Shown: positions 41,801 to 56,800 of the stretch, piece by piece | Position numbering within the stretch: the stretch's first letter is position 1 | Layout of the letters: the number at the start of each line of letters is the position of its first letter | Source of the DNA: Balanoglossus misakiensis | Lineage: Eukaryota > Animalia > Hemichordata | Direction of reading: 5' to 3' | DNA: 64,000 nt | Assembly (NCBI GenBank): GCA_040954595.2 | Contig: CM082598.2 | Location: forward strand, 1,860,001-1,924,000 | Translations under genes and position numbers: made by a program | The notes under the pieces: generated by a model | The model's input: only the letters and a program-made list of their open reading frames with translations | Databases searched by the model: none | Told to the model about the DNA's origin: nothing

Positions 41801-44800
41801 AGTACATCCCGCTCACAAACCAGGAAAACCTGGATCTGGAGCTGACATTCGACGGATTGACTCCCGGACTTCAGTATACATTCACTGTTGCCATCAAGAA
41901 GGACAACCAGGATGTGGCTTCAGATACTAAACAACAACGAACAAGTAAGTTCTTTGGATCCACTCTCCCTCTGATACATCACCAGTTTGAATTAACCTGA
42001 TCATCCCTCCCCTTCCCTATTCATGGTTTTAACTGTACCATTAAAAGCAATGTGGCTGATACCAAAAAAGCATAAAAAGGGGCACTTTTACACCTCAAAA
42101 ATAAAGCAGTTCTTTCACCTTGAATCAAAGCACACAGCAATCTGATTCTGTTCATAAGTTTAAAATCCAACAAAAAACAGTATTGTAATTCCACAGTTCA
42201 TTACATGTAATTTTTATAATTTAATAAATCAAGATATTTTTAACACTAACATTTCTCTCTTTCCGTAGTTCCCATTGCTCCAGTAACTGTTATTGTGACA
42301 AGCATCCAGTCTACAAGTTTAGATATCACATGGTCCAGTGTCACACAGGGCGACGTAGATAGCTACGAACTATCTTACGCCCCAACTGACAACAGCGAAG
42401 AGGAGACTGTCGCAGGAATGACAGAATCAGCTGCAGATACCACGTTTACAATCACTGGTCTTCAGTCCATAACAGAGTATACTGTGTACGTCCGTAGTGT
42501 GAGTGGTTCGGGATCTTTGCAAGCCAAGAGCGATCCAGTATCAACAACTGGCACTACAAGTATGTTAATGTTATTCTGTTCTATAATACACTTACAGATT
42601 CTCTGTTAAATAACTTTGCTCATGTGGATTGGTTAAACCAAGATTTAACTGAAAGCTTTCATGACGTTTAACCATCTCAGAGTTTCCATACAGTTAGGTC
42701 ACATACACATCTTACACCTGTTTTTATAGTACTTTTCGAAAGTCCAGGTCTTAACTGTGCATTTAGTTTCTCAGAATGGCTTCAAAGTTACTGATTCGGT
42801 TAGATACAAACATTGAAGTCACACTGCTCCTTTTTTTCATACATACCCTAATGATTAAACTGTAAGGTCCACAAAATGTTGAAATGCTTGGAATATTTTT
42901 CATGGCAACAATTTCAATTATTTTTGCATTACAGAGGAGATTATCTTGCGACTTCTAGTCAAGGACACAGCCCTGGTGATCCTGGGCTGGTCAGAGCCAT
43001 CGATCGCTGGTGAATTCACAGAGTATCAAATCGACTACACCCCAGATGGTGGTGAGCCTGCATCAGGAGAGACGTACGCGAAAGGAGCCACGCCCTCGGA
43101 AACCATCCAGGGAACATTCAGTAATCTCACACCGGGTGTGGAGTATACATTCATATTATTCACTCTGAATGCCGGTGTTAAGAGGCAGCTGGACAGTATC
43201 ACTATGCAGACAGGTATGTTCTTTAACCCTTTGAGTTTGACTTCCACATTTTTCTCTGTCAAAATGTGGTACAACATTTTTATCATTTTTGCACATTTTC
43301 CCATATTTTACCCCTTAATTCTAGACCAAATGGACATACTTATCCATTGCCTATTACAGCAAAAACACAGCTTGTTTTGAACCTTGGTTGACTGACTTAA
43401 ACCTTGCAATTTAAACACTACACTGTTCTATACCAATAAGCATACAGGACGATAAAACACAGAAAAGCAAGGATTAGAAACAGTTATTTCAAGACAAGTT
43501 ATTAAAACATTTCCATTGATGTCTATCATGAAAGTAATCATTTATTTCTGTTTTCCTGCAGATCCAATGACGCCTGAAAATCTAGCCCTGACTGTGCTTG
43601 GTCCCAACAGCATCCAGGTGACCTGGGATCTTCCAGCAAGCGGTGTCTACGACAGTTTCGTATTGACCTACACCAATCCTTCAGGCAATGCTGATGGGAC
43701 GCTCAGGTCCCCGATCGTCTTCGACGCTGAAGATGATTTGGAAGTCATCCTGATTGGATTAGAACCCAGTACTGTGTACGATGTTTCTGTTGTAACCATG
43801 GCTGGAAACGCTGAAAGTGACCCAAGTCAGAAATCAGCTCCGACAGGTATGAACTCTCTGATGTGCGGAAAACTCTTTAACATTGATTGGTTAAAACCCA
43901 GATGGTACAGAGCTTTTTGCATGTTTTCCCATTCTGTACTTCCTTTCAGGTTTTCAGTGCAGTAAACTTATAAATATTCATGTGTTTTAGCTCCCTGTTG
44001 ATTTATGAATACACGGATATTAATTGACAAGTTGGTTTACGGGAAACTTCTGGTCATGCTTTGTGTACCCAGTATGGGGTACTGACTGACCGATGTTTAC
44101 TTTATCAACTTAATCTGTGGATGGGGTACTCAGATTAAAATTACTTACTGTCAGCACCTAACTGTGCTTTGACTTTCTAACAACTGTGTCATATGGGACA
44201 CATTCCTTCAAGTTCAGCTGTAGACGGGATGACCCTCCCCTTTAAAATCAAGTGTTTCAAAAAAGACTCATACACCTGTGTTTTTTTTTTCCAACCAGCT
44301 GACGGAGAACCAGGTGGCATCAACGTTAAGGAAGTCACATCCGGCAGCATCCGGATCACCTGGAATGAGCCGTCCGTTGGAATCGCGTACGACGGTTTCA
44401 CAGTGACCTATGACCCTGCTGACGGCACCACCGAATCGCCAGCATCTTTCTCCGACAGCGATGGCCGGAATATCACATTTGAGGGTCTGACCCCAGGAGC
44501 AGAATACACCATCAATGTGACAACCATCATCGAGGGAGGTGACCTTGTGAAAACTGCCTACCAGATCACAGGTAAGAGTATTCAAATTTTCGTGTCATGC
44601 TTTATTAGGGTGACTATCATCTTATGCCCATGTGCCAAACCAGAGACTCTGGTTACAAACATTCCATACAGTCAATGCTCTAAGGAAATATGGAAGGAAG
44701 CGAAGGCAGTCCACTATATGAATGCTTCAACGCAAAGTTTGCAGGATATTTGGATTGGGCGTAATGCTCAAGTACACATGAAATTATGCACATGCTAATT

Positions 44801-47800
44801 CATATCTTCATGATCTAATTTCAAATTTTATTTTATTTTAATTTCAGAGCCATTGGCTATTGAGGGAATCAGCATTGTCAGCATCACACCTAATACCATG
44901 GAATTGTCATGGTCAGTCAGCAGTAATTACACCTCATTTGAAGTGACGTACACCCCGACAGACGGCACCACAGCGTCTCCGTTGAGCGTGACCGAGCCGA
45001 GTGTCGTTTTGGAAGGCTTGTCCTCAAACACAGAGTATGCGGTCACCGTTACTGTCGTCAGCGACAGCGTCAACGCAGAAGAGATGAGAAGTGGCCCATT
45101 CACAGAGACAATTCAGACCGGTAAGATTAATTTTCACGTTCTCTTTATAGATCTCCGAATGACATTCTATTGTACACATTGTTCTTTTGCTACTTTTTAT
45201 TATCATGTTTCTTTGGCTCTCGCAAAGTCGGCAAAAAATTATCGATGCCAAAAATGCCCTGTTTTACAGTATTATTCTTCAGTAATTGCCATCATGTCCA
45301 TGGTGATAATTCTCTTTATAGATCTCCGAATGACATTCTATTGTACACATTGTTGTTTTGCTACTTTTTATTATCATGTTTCTTTGGCTCTCGCAAAGTC
45401 GGCAAAAAATTATCGATGCCAAAAATGCCCTGTTTTACAGTATTATTCTTCAGTAATTGCCATCATGTCCATGGTGATAATTTGCGATTTTCTTCCCACA
45501 GCCAAACCACCAGCTGGTGTCATCAGCATAGGAGACGTCACAGCAACCAGCATCGTCATCACCTGGGGTCCTACCGATGATCCAGCTGCGCTGCTGTACA
45601 GTCTGATTGCAACGACCGCAGACAATCCGACCCCAATTACAGCCAACTTAGCGATCGGCACCGAGACTGTTTACACTTTTAACGATCTCATCCCAGGTAA
45701 ACTGTACAACATCCGAGTCACTATCGAGGGAACTGGAATCTCAAGGGATGCTCAACAGAGAACATGTAAGTAACAATTTCTTTCCTCCCTTTCCAGTTTT
45801 CAGAAACATTTGTAGTTTTTAAGTTATCAGAACATGAGTTTGTTTTATAGATGATATCATTTGGGCCATCCTAAGAAGAAAGGGGTCTTATGGGAGTGCG
45901 ATACTTATGACCATAAGACCCATTTCTACTTGGGATGGCCTATTTCATTCCAAATCTCTCATGATTTTGCTTTTTCTTAGTTTATTTTCATCAAGGAAAT
46001 TGCATATTTTCAACATCCATTTTGATGTACCCGTAGCAAGTTTAGAGTTGGGAAGTTTAAAATAGGATAGGTTAGGTTATGGGAACCATACAAACATATA
46101 ACTTCTGTTTTTGTGTGACTCCATACAGTGCCAACAAGTCCCGGAGCTATCACAGTAACAGATGTGACGCAGACCACAATGAACTTCAGATGGGGCACTG
46201 CAGCGGGAGATTTCGATCACTACGAAGTCTTCATTTCCACGGCCATGGAGTCCGAGATGCTCATTGGCAACGTGGAGAGAGGCGGTAATCCTGAAATGAT
46301 GCTGGACGATTTGGAACCAGAAACTGAGTATACGATTAATGTTTACACTGTCAAAGGAGTTGGTCCTCACATGCAGTTGAGTGTTCCGTCTACTGTGACC
46401 GTCAGCACTGGTAAGCTGAATGTTTGTAAACATTTCAATGGCCCGTGAGCGAGTGATGATTGATTGGTTGGTTGATTGATTGATTGATTGGTGTATTTAT
46501 TGGTTGGTTGGTTGACTGATTGGTTGGTTGGTTGGTTGGTTGTTTTGACTGACTGACTGACTGATTGATTGCTTGATTTGTTGGTTGGTTGACTGATTGG
46601 TTGATCGATTATTTGATTGATAACTACAAAAATAGTACCATCTAACACATAGTCTGCGTCAATTTGATTTGTTCAAATGCCCGCAATCATGAAAAATGGT
46701 ATATTGTTTCTTTTTCAGATGACGAAATTTTCGTCTTCACACAATCGGGCAGCCTCACACTTGTTAGTTGGTTCGTTCAAACTGGTGACTTTGAAGATTA
46801 TGAAATAACCTATGATCCTGCCAATGGTGACCAGGAATCGCCCATAGTTGTCGACAAAGACCAGATAACCCGAGTGGTGATCAGAGACCTTGTGCCTGGA
46901 ACAGTTTATGATTTTACACTGAGCCTTTTGAATGGCAGTGGTGTCAGAACAGAGATAGCAGCTACACCCTACAGTTTGCGTAAGTACAGAAATTTGAAAA
47001 TCAAGTTTATTTTACAGGACGAACACTGACTTACTGCACCAACTCACGTAGCAAGTCCGCTACCACTAGGCTATTATGTTGGAATAGGCATTACATCTAG
47101 AGGTCACTAACAAAATTATTTCTGTTTGGCACTGAGAGACTTCATGCAAAAATTTTGTATATTCTAGATATCACAGAAAGGTCAAAAAGACCCACTTTGT
47201 CCCTTTAAGTTAGTAAATAATTTTTTTTCTTTAAATATAGCACCGTTGGCAGTCGATAATGTGAACATCATAGCAATGGCAACGTCAGTGATCTTTAGCT
47301 GGCCACCGCAAACCGGTGGTAAGTTTGACCACTATGAAGTGATCGTGACCAACCTGGAAGATGAGACTGACCAGAAGACCATGATGGCCGGAATAGACGG
47401 CTGTCCCAGAGCCCATCTCTTTGGCCTATCTCCCAACACATCCTACAATGTCCAAGTTATGACAGTGTCCGACAGATCGGTCAGCGAAGCAAGAAGCAGT
47501 AACTTTACTACTGGTAGGTTTTGAAAGTCAACATAGAAAAAGCAAAATTCTGCCTGTGTATGTGTGTGTTTTTTGTTTTGTTGTGTGAGATATAATTACA
47601 GTGAAATTAGCTGGCATTATAAACAGGGACTTGCAGCCATTTTCATGGAAATCACAACTTTAATGACATTACGATTTTTTGACCGATGTTTGATTTTTCT
47701 GCCTGATCAGGGGCCCTACCAGCTGCCTCTATGTATGTCAGTGTAATCTCCACAGTCAGTCTGGAAGTGAGATGGAGTGAACTGGACGATTCCATTGATT

Positions 47801-50800
47801 ATTTGAATGTGGAAACCAGGGAAGAAGATGGAACACTTGTCGACACCAGTGTCTGGCAAAGTTCTCAAGAAAGAAGATATTCGCTGGATAACTTGACTCC
47901 AGGACACAGCTACAGAATCACATTAAAAGACCTATCTTCTCAGCAAGTGAGCGTAATTGACCTGGCTACAAGTAAGTTCGTGAAAAGCTCTCTCGGTGCA
48001 ACATTTTTACCTTTTTCACATATTTTTCCTGATTTTTTCCACTAATTTTAGACCAAGTGGACATAATTATCCATTTTCTGCAGGTCTTGATCAAAAGTTT
48101 AAAATAAAAAATATGACAAATGAAATTATATCAAATTTTGTGAAAAATGATTACAAGTTGACTATCATGTTGAACGGGTTTTTATTTTTCTTCTCTACAG
48201 GGCCTCTCCCTCCTGGAGACATTAGTTTTACTGAATCCTCCAATACAACTGTCAACATCACATGGTTCCATGCAGAAGGCAAGTTTGATGGCTACAAAGT
48301 CTGCTTTGGACCTCCAGCCGGAATTTCCGAGGTCATTCTTGACTCTGATAGCAATGAAGTCGAACTGACTGGCCTGGACACAGATGAAGAATACATAGTC
48401 AGTGTTTCCAGCTTCAAAACTGTTGGAGAGATGAGAGTGTACAGTGACAAAAAGACCACATATATCCAACTGAGTAAGTTTTTTTTTACATGAAAAATTT
48501 AGGAAATTTCTGTTTGTATTAAAGAGACATTAGCTGTAACTTTTGGCTTTATTTTCAGTATTTGTTCAGACAGATGCATCAACTAATAATCATGATTTGC
48601 ATTCTAGGTGAGGGTACACCTGGTGACATCACCATTGAAGCCGTCACCAATTCAACCATTACAATATCTTGGATTGGTGGGGCAACCGGGTACGTGGTCA
48701 GTGCGCAGGTCAGTGGTCAAGCATTGCCCACTGTTGTGGACACTGTTGCCAATGGAACTGTGCCTCTGACCTACACTTTCTCTGGACTGGAGTCTGCCAC
48801 CTTGTATCTGGTCAAGGTGTCCTTGGAGGGAACACTGACAGAGAAAAGGGTGTTGCGAAGAACACGTGAGTACATTCCACCTTCTGAAATTCTTTAAACT
48901 TTAATGTATTTTTTTTATTCATTTCCTTGTTGTAAACTGTTAATAAAACCTGGACATTAGTTTGTAGCTGATTTGAAGCAATGTTGTACCAGTAAGGTTG
49001 CGTCTGATTGGTCAATATCGTCGTCAACTCACTCGTAGAACCTATGAGAATAGATGATCTAAAGCCAATCGTGTTAATCGTTTTTATCTTAATGTAGTTC
49101 CTGCCGCACCAGGCTTAATCAGTCGGGTACAGTTCACGGCCATCAGCTTCACTATATCCTGGGAGCCTTCCCCAGGGAACATCGACAACTACGTGATCAC
49201 CTACGCTGACGAGAGTGTTGCGGAGGCTCCAGAGATAACAGCTGACATCGTTGATTCGTCCACCGAGACGCTAACCATCGAGGATTTGAAGCCGGATACG
49301 TCGTATCGAGTCAAAATCTACGCAAGATACGGAAGTGGACGACACGCACTTCTTAGTGAGCCATCGGTGGCATCTGCAAGTACTGGTAAGTTTTGCAGTC
49401 ATGTTTGAGAGTTTTTAAACCAGACTCGGTTAGTGAAACGGTTAATAGAAAGCAAGGAATTCCAGATTGATATCTGGAGTTTGTCCATCCAATGTAGAGT
49501 TGTTTGACACCTAGCAAATCTTTCAAGTTAACCCTCAAGACATTTGAAGCACTTGCAAGTTTAACCACAATCTTCATTTTCTCTTTCAGCCTTTATTCCA
49601 CCCGAATCTATTGTCATCACCGAGGTTACGATGGAAACTATTGATATCGTCTGGGGAGAATTCCCAGGAGCGAATGGGTATTTCATAGATTTCACCCCAG
49701 CGGATGACACCTCAGTCACTTTCCCCCATTTTCTGTCTGGAGATAGCATCGGTTATCAGTTTGTGGGGTTGACATCAGGCAGGCGATACACCATCAATGT
49801 TAGATCAGTCGTAAGCTCTGGAACACCCAGCGACCAAACCGTTGAACTCTACACAAGTAAGTACCCAAGTCAAAAATTCTACAACACTCCTGTTGTCAAA
49901 AAGAAATTTAAACACAACCCTCATTGTCAAATGTACCAGTGATATTGTTGATAATACAGTAAACCTGCTTTTCTTTCATCCATCCCAAACTGACACTGTT
50001 CTCCTCTTTCCAGAACCGCGTTCCCCTGGTGCTGTTACCGTGGACAACAGCACAGCAACTTCTATCACAATCAGTTGGGAGGCGGCAACTGGTGAATTCG
50101 ACGTTTACGAAATATCCAAAATGTCGGCCGAAGATGGGACGGCCGTGTTTGGCATTGTGCCGAAAGATGAAGAGAGACACTTCACGTTTTTGTACCTTGA
50201 CCCAGAAACAGAATACACTGTCTCAGTTTTGACCGTTGTTGGTTTGGGAGATCTGCAGATGAAGAGCGAGGCTTCGGAAGTTGTTGCCTACACAGGTATG
50301 TAGACGTTATTTCCGGTAAAGTGTCAAACTTTAGTTACTTTCTTTTTTAAAATTTGAAATAGTAGAGTGTAGAATATGAGAGCACTTTCTTAAAGTTCCA
50401 TTAGCTGTAACTTTTCACTATGTTTCAGTATTTTGTTTTGTGTATCTACTGCACTGCAGTTTCTTGGTCGAATCCCTCAAACATGATGAAATTTTCAATC
50501 CTCACTCTTGTCTGCAGAGGGACTGAACCCACTGGAAGTCATTGTCATCAACTTCACCACCAATGCCATCACCGTCTTGTGGGGACCGACCAACCGAACG
50601 GACGCCACAGCGTACCTCGTCGATCTGTCGCCTAGTGACGGTGCCCAGTATCCAGTCGCCGTGACGATTGATTCCGAACACCGATATGACTTCACAGATC
50701 TGATACCAGGCAGAGAGTACACCATCACACTGGGAATTTCCCAGTATCCCGATGAAAATTCAATTATACAGAGAACAGGTATTACAATTCGGGTTTATTC

Positions 50801-53800
50801 TGTCCACCCCTGTCCTTACCACCTTAATACTTTCATGGTACACATGATAATCTCTTGTATTTGAAAAATGCTTCAGCGAAACAAACTGGAAAACTCAGTA
50901 CATGCGACGTTCTATAACTGAACACCTCTTCGCACTAGATTGTATAGTCACATCGTAAGACGGGGTCTAGATTAAATGTACTGACCAGTAGAAATTAACC
51001 TTTGCTTTTCTCTTGCAGTTCCAAACCCACCTGAAAATCTGCGACTACAAGAAGCAACCACGACCACAGTAACGGTCGAGTGGGATCCACCAGCAGTTGG
51101 CGATGTGGAAACGTACGTCTTGACCTATGACCCAGCAGACGGCCAGACTGCGTCTCCACTGATCCTCGGCCCAGACACCACACAGCAGGTCATCGAAGGA
51201 CTCACCCCAAGCACCAGTTATGACGTCACTGTCAAGGCCGTCTCCGGCTTTGGACCGGGAAGGACGCAGAGTCATAGAGTGATAACAACCATAAGCACAA
51301 GTAAGTTGAAGAAAATAAATCTTACTTCAGAAGTTTCCTAATTGTGGGCATGATTTCAATTTACTTTTCCCAAGAACAAAACAGTGGTGTATACATACAC
51401 ATGCAGAGACATGCCAATGTGTCATTCATTTGCGGGATACTGAAATTCTGTGTGTTTGAACTGTGATTCTGTTTCCACGTTTTCTCAAGTTCTGTTTTTT
51501 TCTTGCAACTATCAGCTGCTGCGGGCACTGCAGCTGTCATTATCAAGACTGTGACCACCACAAGTATTGAGATCACCTGGGGATCTGTTCCTGAGGGTGT
51601 CACCTTCGACGGTTACGTCATCCGGCATGAACCACCAGATGGCAGCCCCAGCACGTTGCCCGTACCTGCAAATGGCAACAGACGTGTCACTTTCACTGGT
51701 CTGGTCCCTGGCAAGTTGTACACGATCTATGTCAATGTACAAGGTTTGCCTATTGAAGGATCTGTTGAGCAACGAACATGTGAGTAGGATCCACTCAGAT
51801 ATCGCTTGTCACAAATCTTGAAGACTGTGATGTCATTCAATGTTTAGACCATTTGAAACAGTACAGTTTCAGTTGGTGAAATAATGATAATTTGGGGACA
51901 TCATAGTGTGTGTTTTACATAGAAAGGTTATGGCAGTACTTGAACAGTATGTTGGTAAATTTGATATGAAGATTCTGAAAGAGGAAATAATTGAGGAAAT
52001 TGGTTTAATATGTTAATATTATTACTTAATTTTGGCATCATCTGTGTTTGAAATCGGACAAGATTTTGGTCTGTCAGTGAAGAGTTTTACAGATAAGGTG
52101 TGACAACACATTCTCTATTGACCTCTTTCAGTGCCAAATGCGCCTGGTCCCGTTGTCGTCGACAACAGTACGGCGACATCTTTGACATTGTCGTGGATTG
52201 CCACAAGTGGTCTCTTCGATTACTACGAAGTCAGCTATGCAGCGATAGGTGGCCCTACCATTGTTGCCGACAATGTTGACCCCAGCCAGACCACCTACAC
52301 TCTAGAAGGCCTGGACTCTGACACCACATACGACATCTCGGTTGCGTCTGTGGTTGGAAGTGTAGAGAACAAAGAAGTCAGTGCACCCTCTACAAGTCAA
52401 GGCGAAACAGGTGAGGATATTTGTACTTCTGAGTGCTGTTCATACTATTTTTGTATCTGTTCCTAATTATGGATTTGTCATCAATATCATAATATATGGC
52501 CTATTTGCGACAGCGAATTTGACCCTTTTCATCCATTTTTATTAGGAACAATGTGTAGATACTGTTTGAGAGATTTTTTCACAAAAAATTATTTAAAAGT
52601 GTAAATCATTGGTTCCTAAATTTGTCCACTCCACTCTGCTTGTTGTACGAAAGATGTAAAGCAACCAACAATAGTTCAGGTTGTTGCAGTTGGACATATA
52701 TTTAGCCAAAAAAACACAGCAATTTTTCCACATGCTTAAGTTATTAGTTTTTAGTGAAAGAGGCAAGCACTGACATCTTGTGTATTTTTTTCTAGACGCC
52801 ATCCCACCAGAAGAGATCCTTATTTTAGATGTGACAACTGACAGCATCACTGTTGAGTGGGGAGAGAGTGAGAATGAATTGGCCACCAACTATGCAATCC
52901 TGGCCACTCCACTGACCGGCGGAAACACCTTGAGTCATGTGGTTCCTGTTGGCGATAACACCAAATACACATTTGAGGGCTTGCGGACTGGTACTGAATA
53001 CAGAATCAAGTTACAAGTTGTGGTATCTGCTGGACAGGACTCGGAAACAACTGTTTACCAGTTTACAAGTAAGTTTGTGTGTCTCTCTGAGAGTATGTCT
53101 TTGTGTGTTCATTCTTTTCATTGCTGGCATGTGACCCACGGCATTGTCATTTCTAAGTGACAGGCAAACAATATTTTGGCATCCAGTGAAAGGTTTCCGA
53201 GGTATGTTTATACTTCAGAACCGACAGACACTTAACATGTATCAGGCATGGTGCTTGCCCATCAGCCTCATGGCGTTTCGTCTGCACAGTCTTTGTTTGC
53301 ACCACATTACTGAAGTTGCCCATCAGCTGGAAATTGCATACCAATGTAACTGCATCTGAACACATCTGACATGATTTGATATCAAAGAATTAAAACTGAT
53401 TCTACGTCTCGAGTATATACTGTACAGTTATTCTAATGGGGATCATCAAAATTCTAATGCACTGTTCTGTATTATCTCTTATAGAACCCAGCGCCCCTGG
53501 TGCCATCACCGTGGGAACCGCATCACCATCCGTTCTGCCTCTCAGTTGGGAACCTGCCCCAGGCGACTATGAATACATCTATGAAATATCCTATGCTCCT
53601 AATGGTGGTGTTATGTCAGTGGCAGCCACTCTGGACAAGGCAACGACATCGTACAATCTAACCGGACTGGAACCCGACACCTCCTACGACATCATCATCG
53701 TCACCAAAGTCGGCGCTGGTCCGAGTGTGATGAGAAGCGACCCAAGCACCGTAACTGGACAAACAGGTAAGTCTCACACCTCTATTGTCACTGGATTTTT

Positions 53801-56800
53801 GTAAACTGTCAAATTATGTTGTGTGTACTGTAAAGATATGTCTTATTTTCTGTATCAACCTGGACACATTATGAATTACATTTCTATGTATTTTTTATAC
53901 AGCTATCATCGTACCAGGCACAATCATATTTAATTCTGTAACCTTCGACATGATCGACATCACATGGGGAGGTGTTGATGAAGGCACTGGATACTTCATC
54001 TCGCTGTCACCGGCTGACGATGGAAACACGTATCCAACCTTCCTCATCAGGACAACCACAGATTACACTTTCACTGGATTGACTGCTGGCAAAGAGTATA
54101 CAATAACCGTTGATTATACGGATGCACAGTATGAAGATGCTGAAGCTACAGTGAGGACAAGTAAGGACATCAAATTTATCTGCATACATGTACAGTCAGA
54201 CATGTCCAAACTGAACCCTATTTTATCTGGACACCTGTCTATACCGAACACCTTTTCCCACCCATTTGAGTTTGACATAGAAGCACATGTTAAAATAATC
54301 TCTATGTATATTAAAACAACTCTTAACTGAAATACACCCAAACATTTCTGAGTAAAAAATATTATTTAAATGTCAATGTTTAATTTCATCTTAATATTTT
54401 TTGTCAGATCCAAGATCACCTGGAGCGATAACAATCACTGATACAACACCGACTGAGGTAGCCTTCAGTTGGGTGGCCGCTGCAGGAGACTTTGCAAACT
54501 ATGAGATTTCCTACACACCTGATGGTGGTCTGACTGTGCCAGTGGATGTCGTGGAGTCCACAGTGACCTCGTATAGGATTAGTGAATTGAGTCCAAGTAT
54601 GATGTACACTGTAGCAGTGGCGACCACCGTGGGAACTGGAGTGAACTTGCTCAGAAGTGCTCCAAGCACACAGGCTGTCACAACAAGTAAGTTTGATTGG
54701 TTTTTGACGTTAACCAGTAGAAGTAGTGACTGCGTAGTTGTGCCTAATGATCATGATAAAGCCACTGTTGATTTTATCATAACCTGCCAGGCCTTTGACT
54801 GTTCACATCGCTGCCAAAAAGTGCATGATAATGTGCTTTTGGCAAATCACCTGCTCAAACTCTCCTGGATAATTGCAATTTTCACCACAATAAAATTCTG
54901 GAAAATATCTTATTTTTTGCAGCTGCTATTCCGGAAGGTCAAATTGAAGTACACGAAGTCACCACGACCAGCATTCGCATTCTGTGGGGAGTCACGGCCA
55001 ATGAGAGCGCACTAGGCTATCTGCTGGATATTGAACCTTCTGATGGAGGAAGCTATCCTCGTGTTGAGCAGTTGGATCGGTCAGAATACACTTTCCGTGG
55101 TTTAGTCCCTGGCAGGGAATACACCATCAGTTTGACTGTATCTGGTTTGGCGGAAGTTGATGATGAAATCATTCAAGCTACGGGTGAGTACAAGAACTAG
55201 TGTCATGCAAAATCCAACCATCTCTTGGATCTTCAAAAATGACAAAATCTGGAATAAAATTGAATTTGAAAATTGACTGACCCATCACTTGGAATCTGCT
55301 GCTTCACATAGTACCAGCCATATACAAAAACGTTGAATGGTTTATACTATAAATCGAACATACACTCTCTTGCAGAACCCAATCCCCCTAGTACTTTTGA
55401 AGTGAAGAGTTTCACACCAACCACAATCACAGTGGAATGGACTGCACCTGTGGGCGAAGTCAGTTCCTATGTGTTATCCTACACTGACCCTGACGGTCAG
55501 CTGACCACGGCCGACACCATTCCCAGTAGCGTGACAGAGTATGAATTCACTGGTTTAGAGCCTTCCACTGTTTACACGTTCAAGATCAAGTCCAAGGTGG
55601 TGTCTGACAACAACGATGTGTACAGCGAAGAGAGGACTGTTGTTCAAAGTACAAGTAAGTAACTGTACAATTGGTCAGCCTTGCAAAAGACATTCTGTAA
55701 GCATCCATAGCATTCTTTAGAAATTTATAGAACTTCTATGGAAATCCATAGATTTCTATTTACACCTAAAGCAATTGGAAATATGAAGTGCACATCTTAC
55801 AGTGCTGGGTTGGATTTGCATACATTGCATAGCGGTATAGACTTTTGAAAATCCTGAAGTCTCTCAGCAGGATGACTTAATATGTAAATTTCTGAGTAAA
55901 CATTATCCTATTGACAACTTCCAGCAATAATACCACCTGGCGACATCATAGTCGGTGAAGTGACCACATCCAGTGTCAGCCTTCTCTGGGGAGCCAGCAC
56001 AGATGAGCAGGTCACAGGATATCTCCTCACCATCACACCATCAAGTGGTGGAGACATCGTCTTCCTGCAAAAGGAAGTTATCCGGTACACATATGAAGAC
56101 CTAGTTCCCGGACGCGAATACACCATCAAAGTACAGTTGGCTGGTCCAAACACGTTTTCTGAAGTTGTGGTCAGAACGAGTAAGTATTTTTTAGAATTTA
56201 TATATTTTACCACAGAACTTTATTGAAAACAGTTTTTAAGCATCTGTCTATCCAGCCAGAATTTTCAAAGATGTAAACAAAACAACAATTTCTTACCAAT
56301 TTTTAAACTTTCCAGGACCGATGTCTCCCGGACTTATAACCGTGGACACACAGGAAGAAACATCCCTGGATATTTCCTGGCTGGCCGCAGATGGTGATTT
56401 CAGTGTCTACGAAATAACCATTGAATATCCAGACAGCACCATCAGTGGTCTTGGCGTTGTTAACAAGGACAGCCCAAGGACGTTCCATATTGAAAATCTG
56501 CGACCAGGCACATCGTATGTTATCCGAATCGCGACTAGATTTGGAACACCAGGAGATTACGTCAGAAGTGAACCATCGGAGCTAACAACTTCTACGAGTA
56601 GGTTCTGTTTACGATCTGAAATACAGAAACACAAAAAAGATACAAGCACAATACACTATACACATCCTGAGTTTCAAGTACATAGATTCATGAGAGCAGG
56701 AATTTGTACTTCAATGCAATTTTCTTTCTTATTCTCACAGCCACAATACCACCAGGAGATATTGTCGTGGTTGACGTGACTACAGACAGTATTACGATCC

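Noticed and set aside
47015-47075. tRNA-like A-box on the - strand (tagcctagtggtagcgg)
   Set aside because: No convincing B-box or cloverleaf. At most a decayed SINE head.
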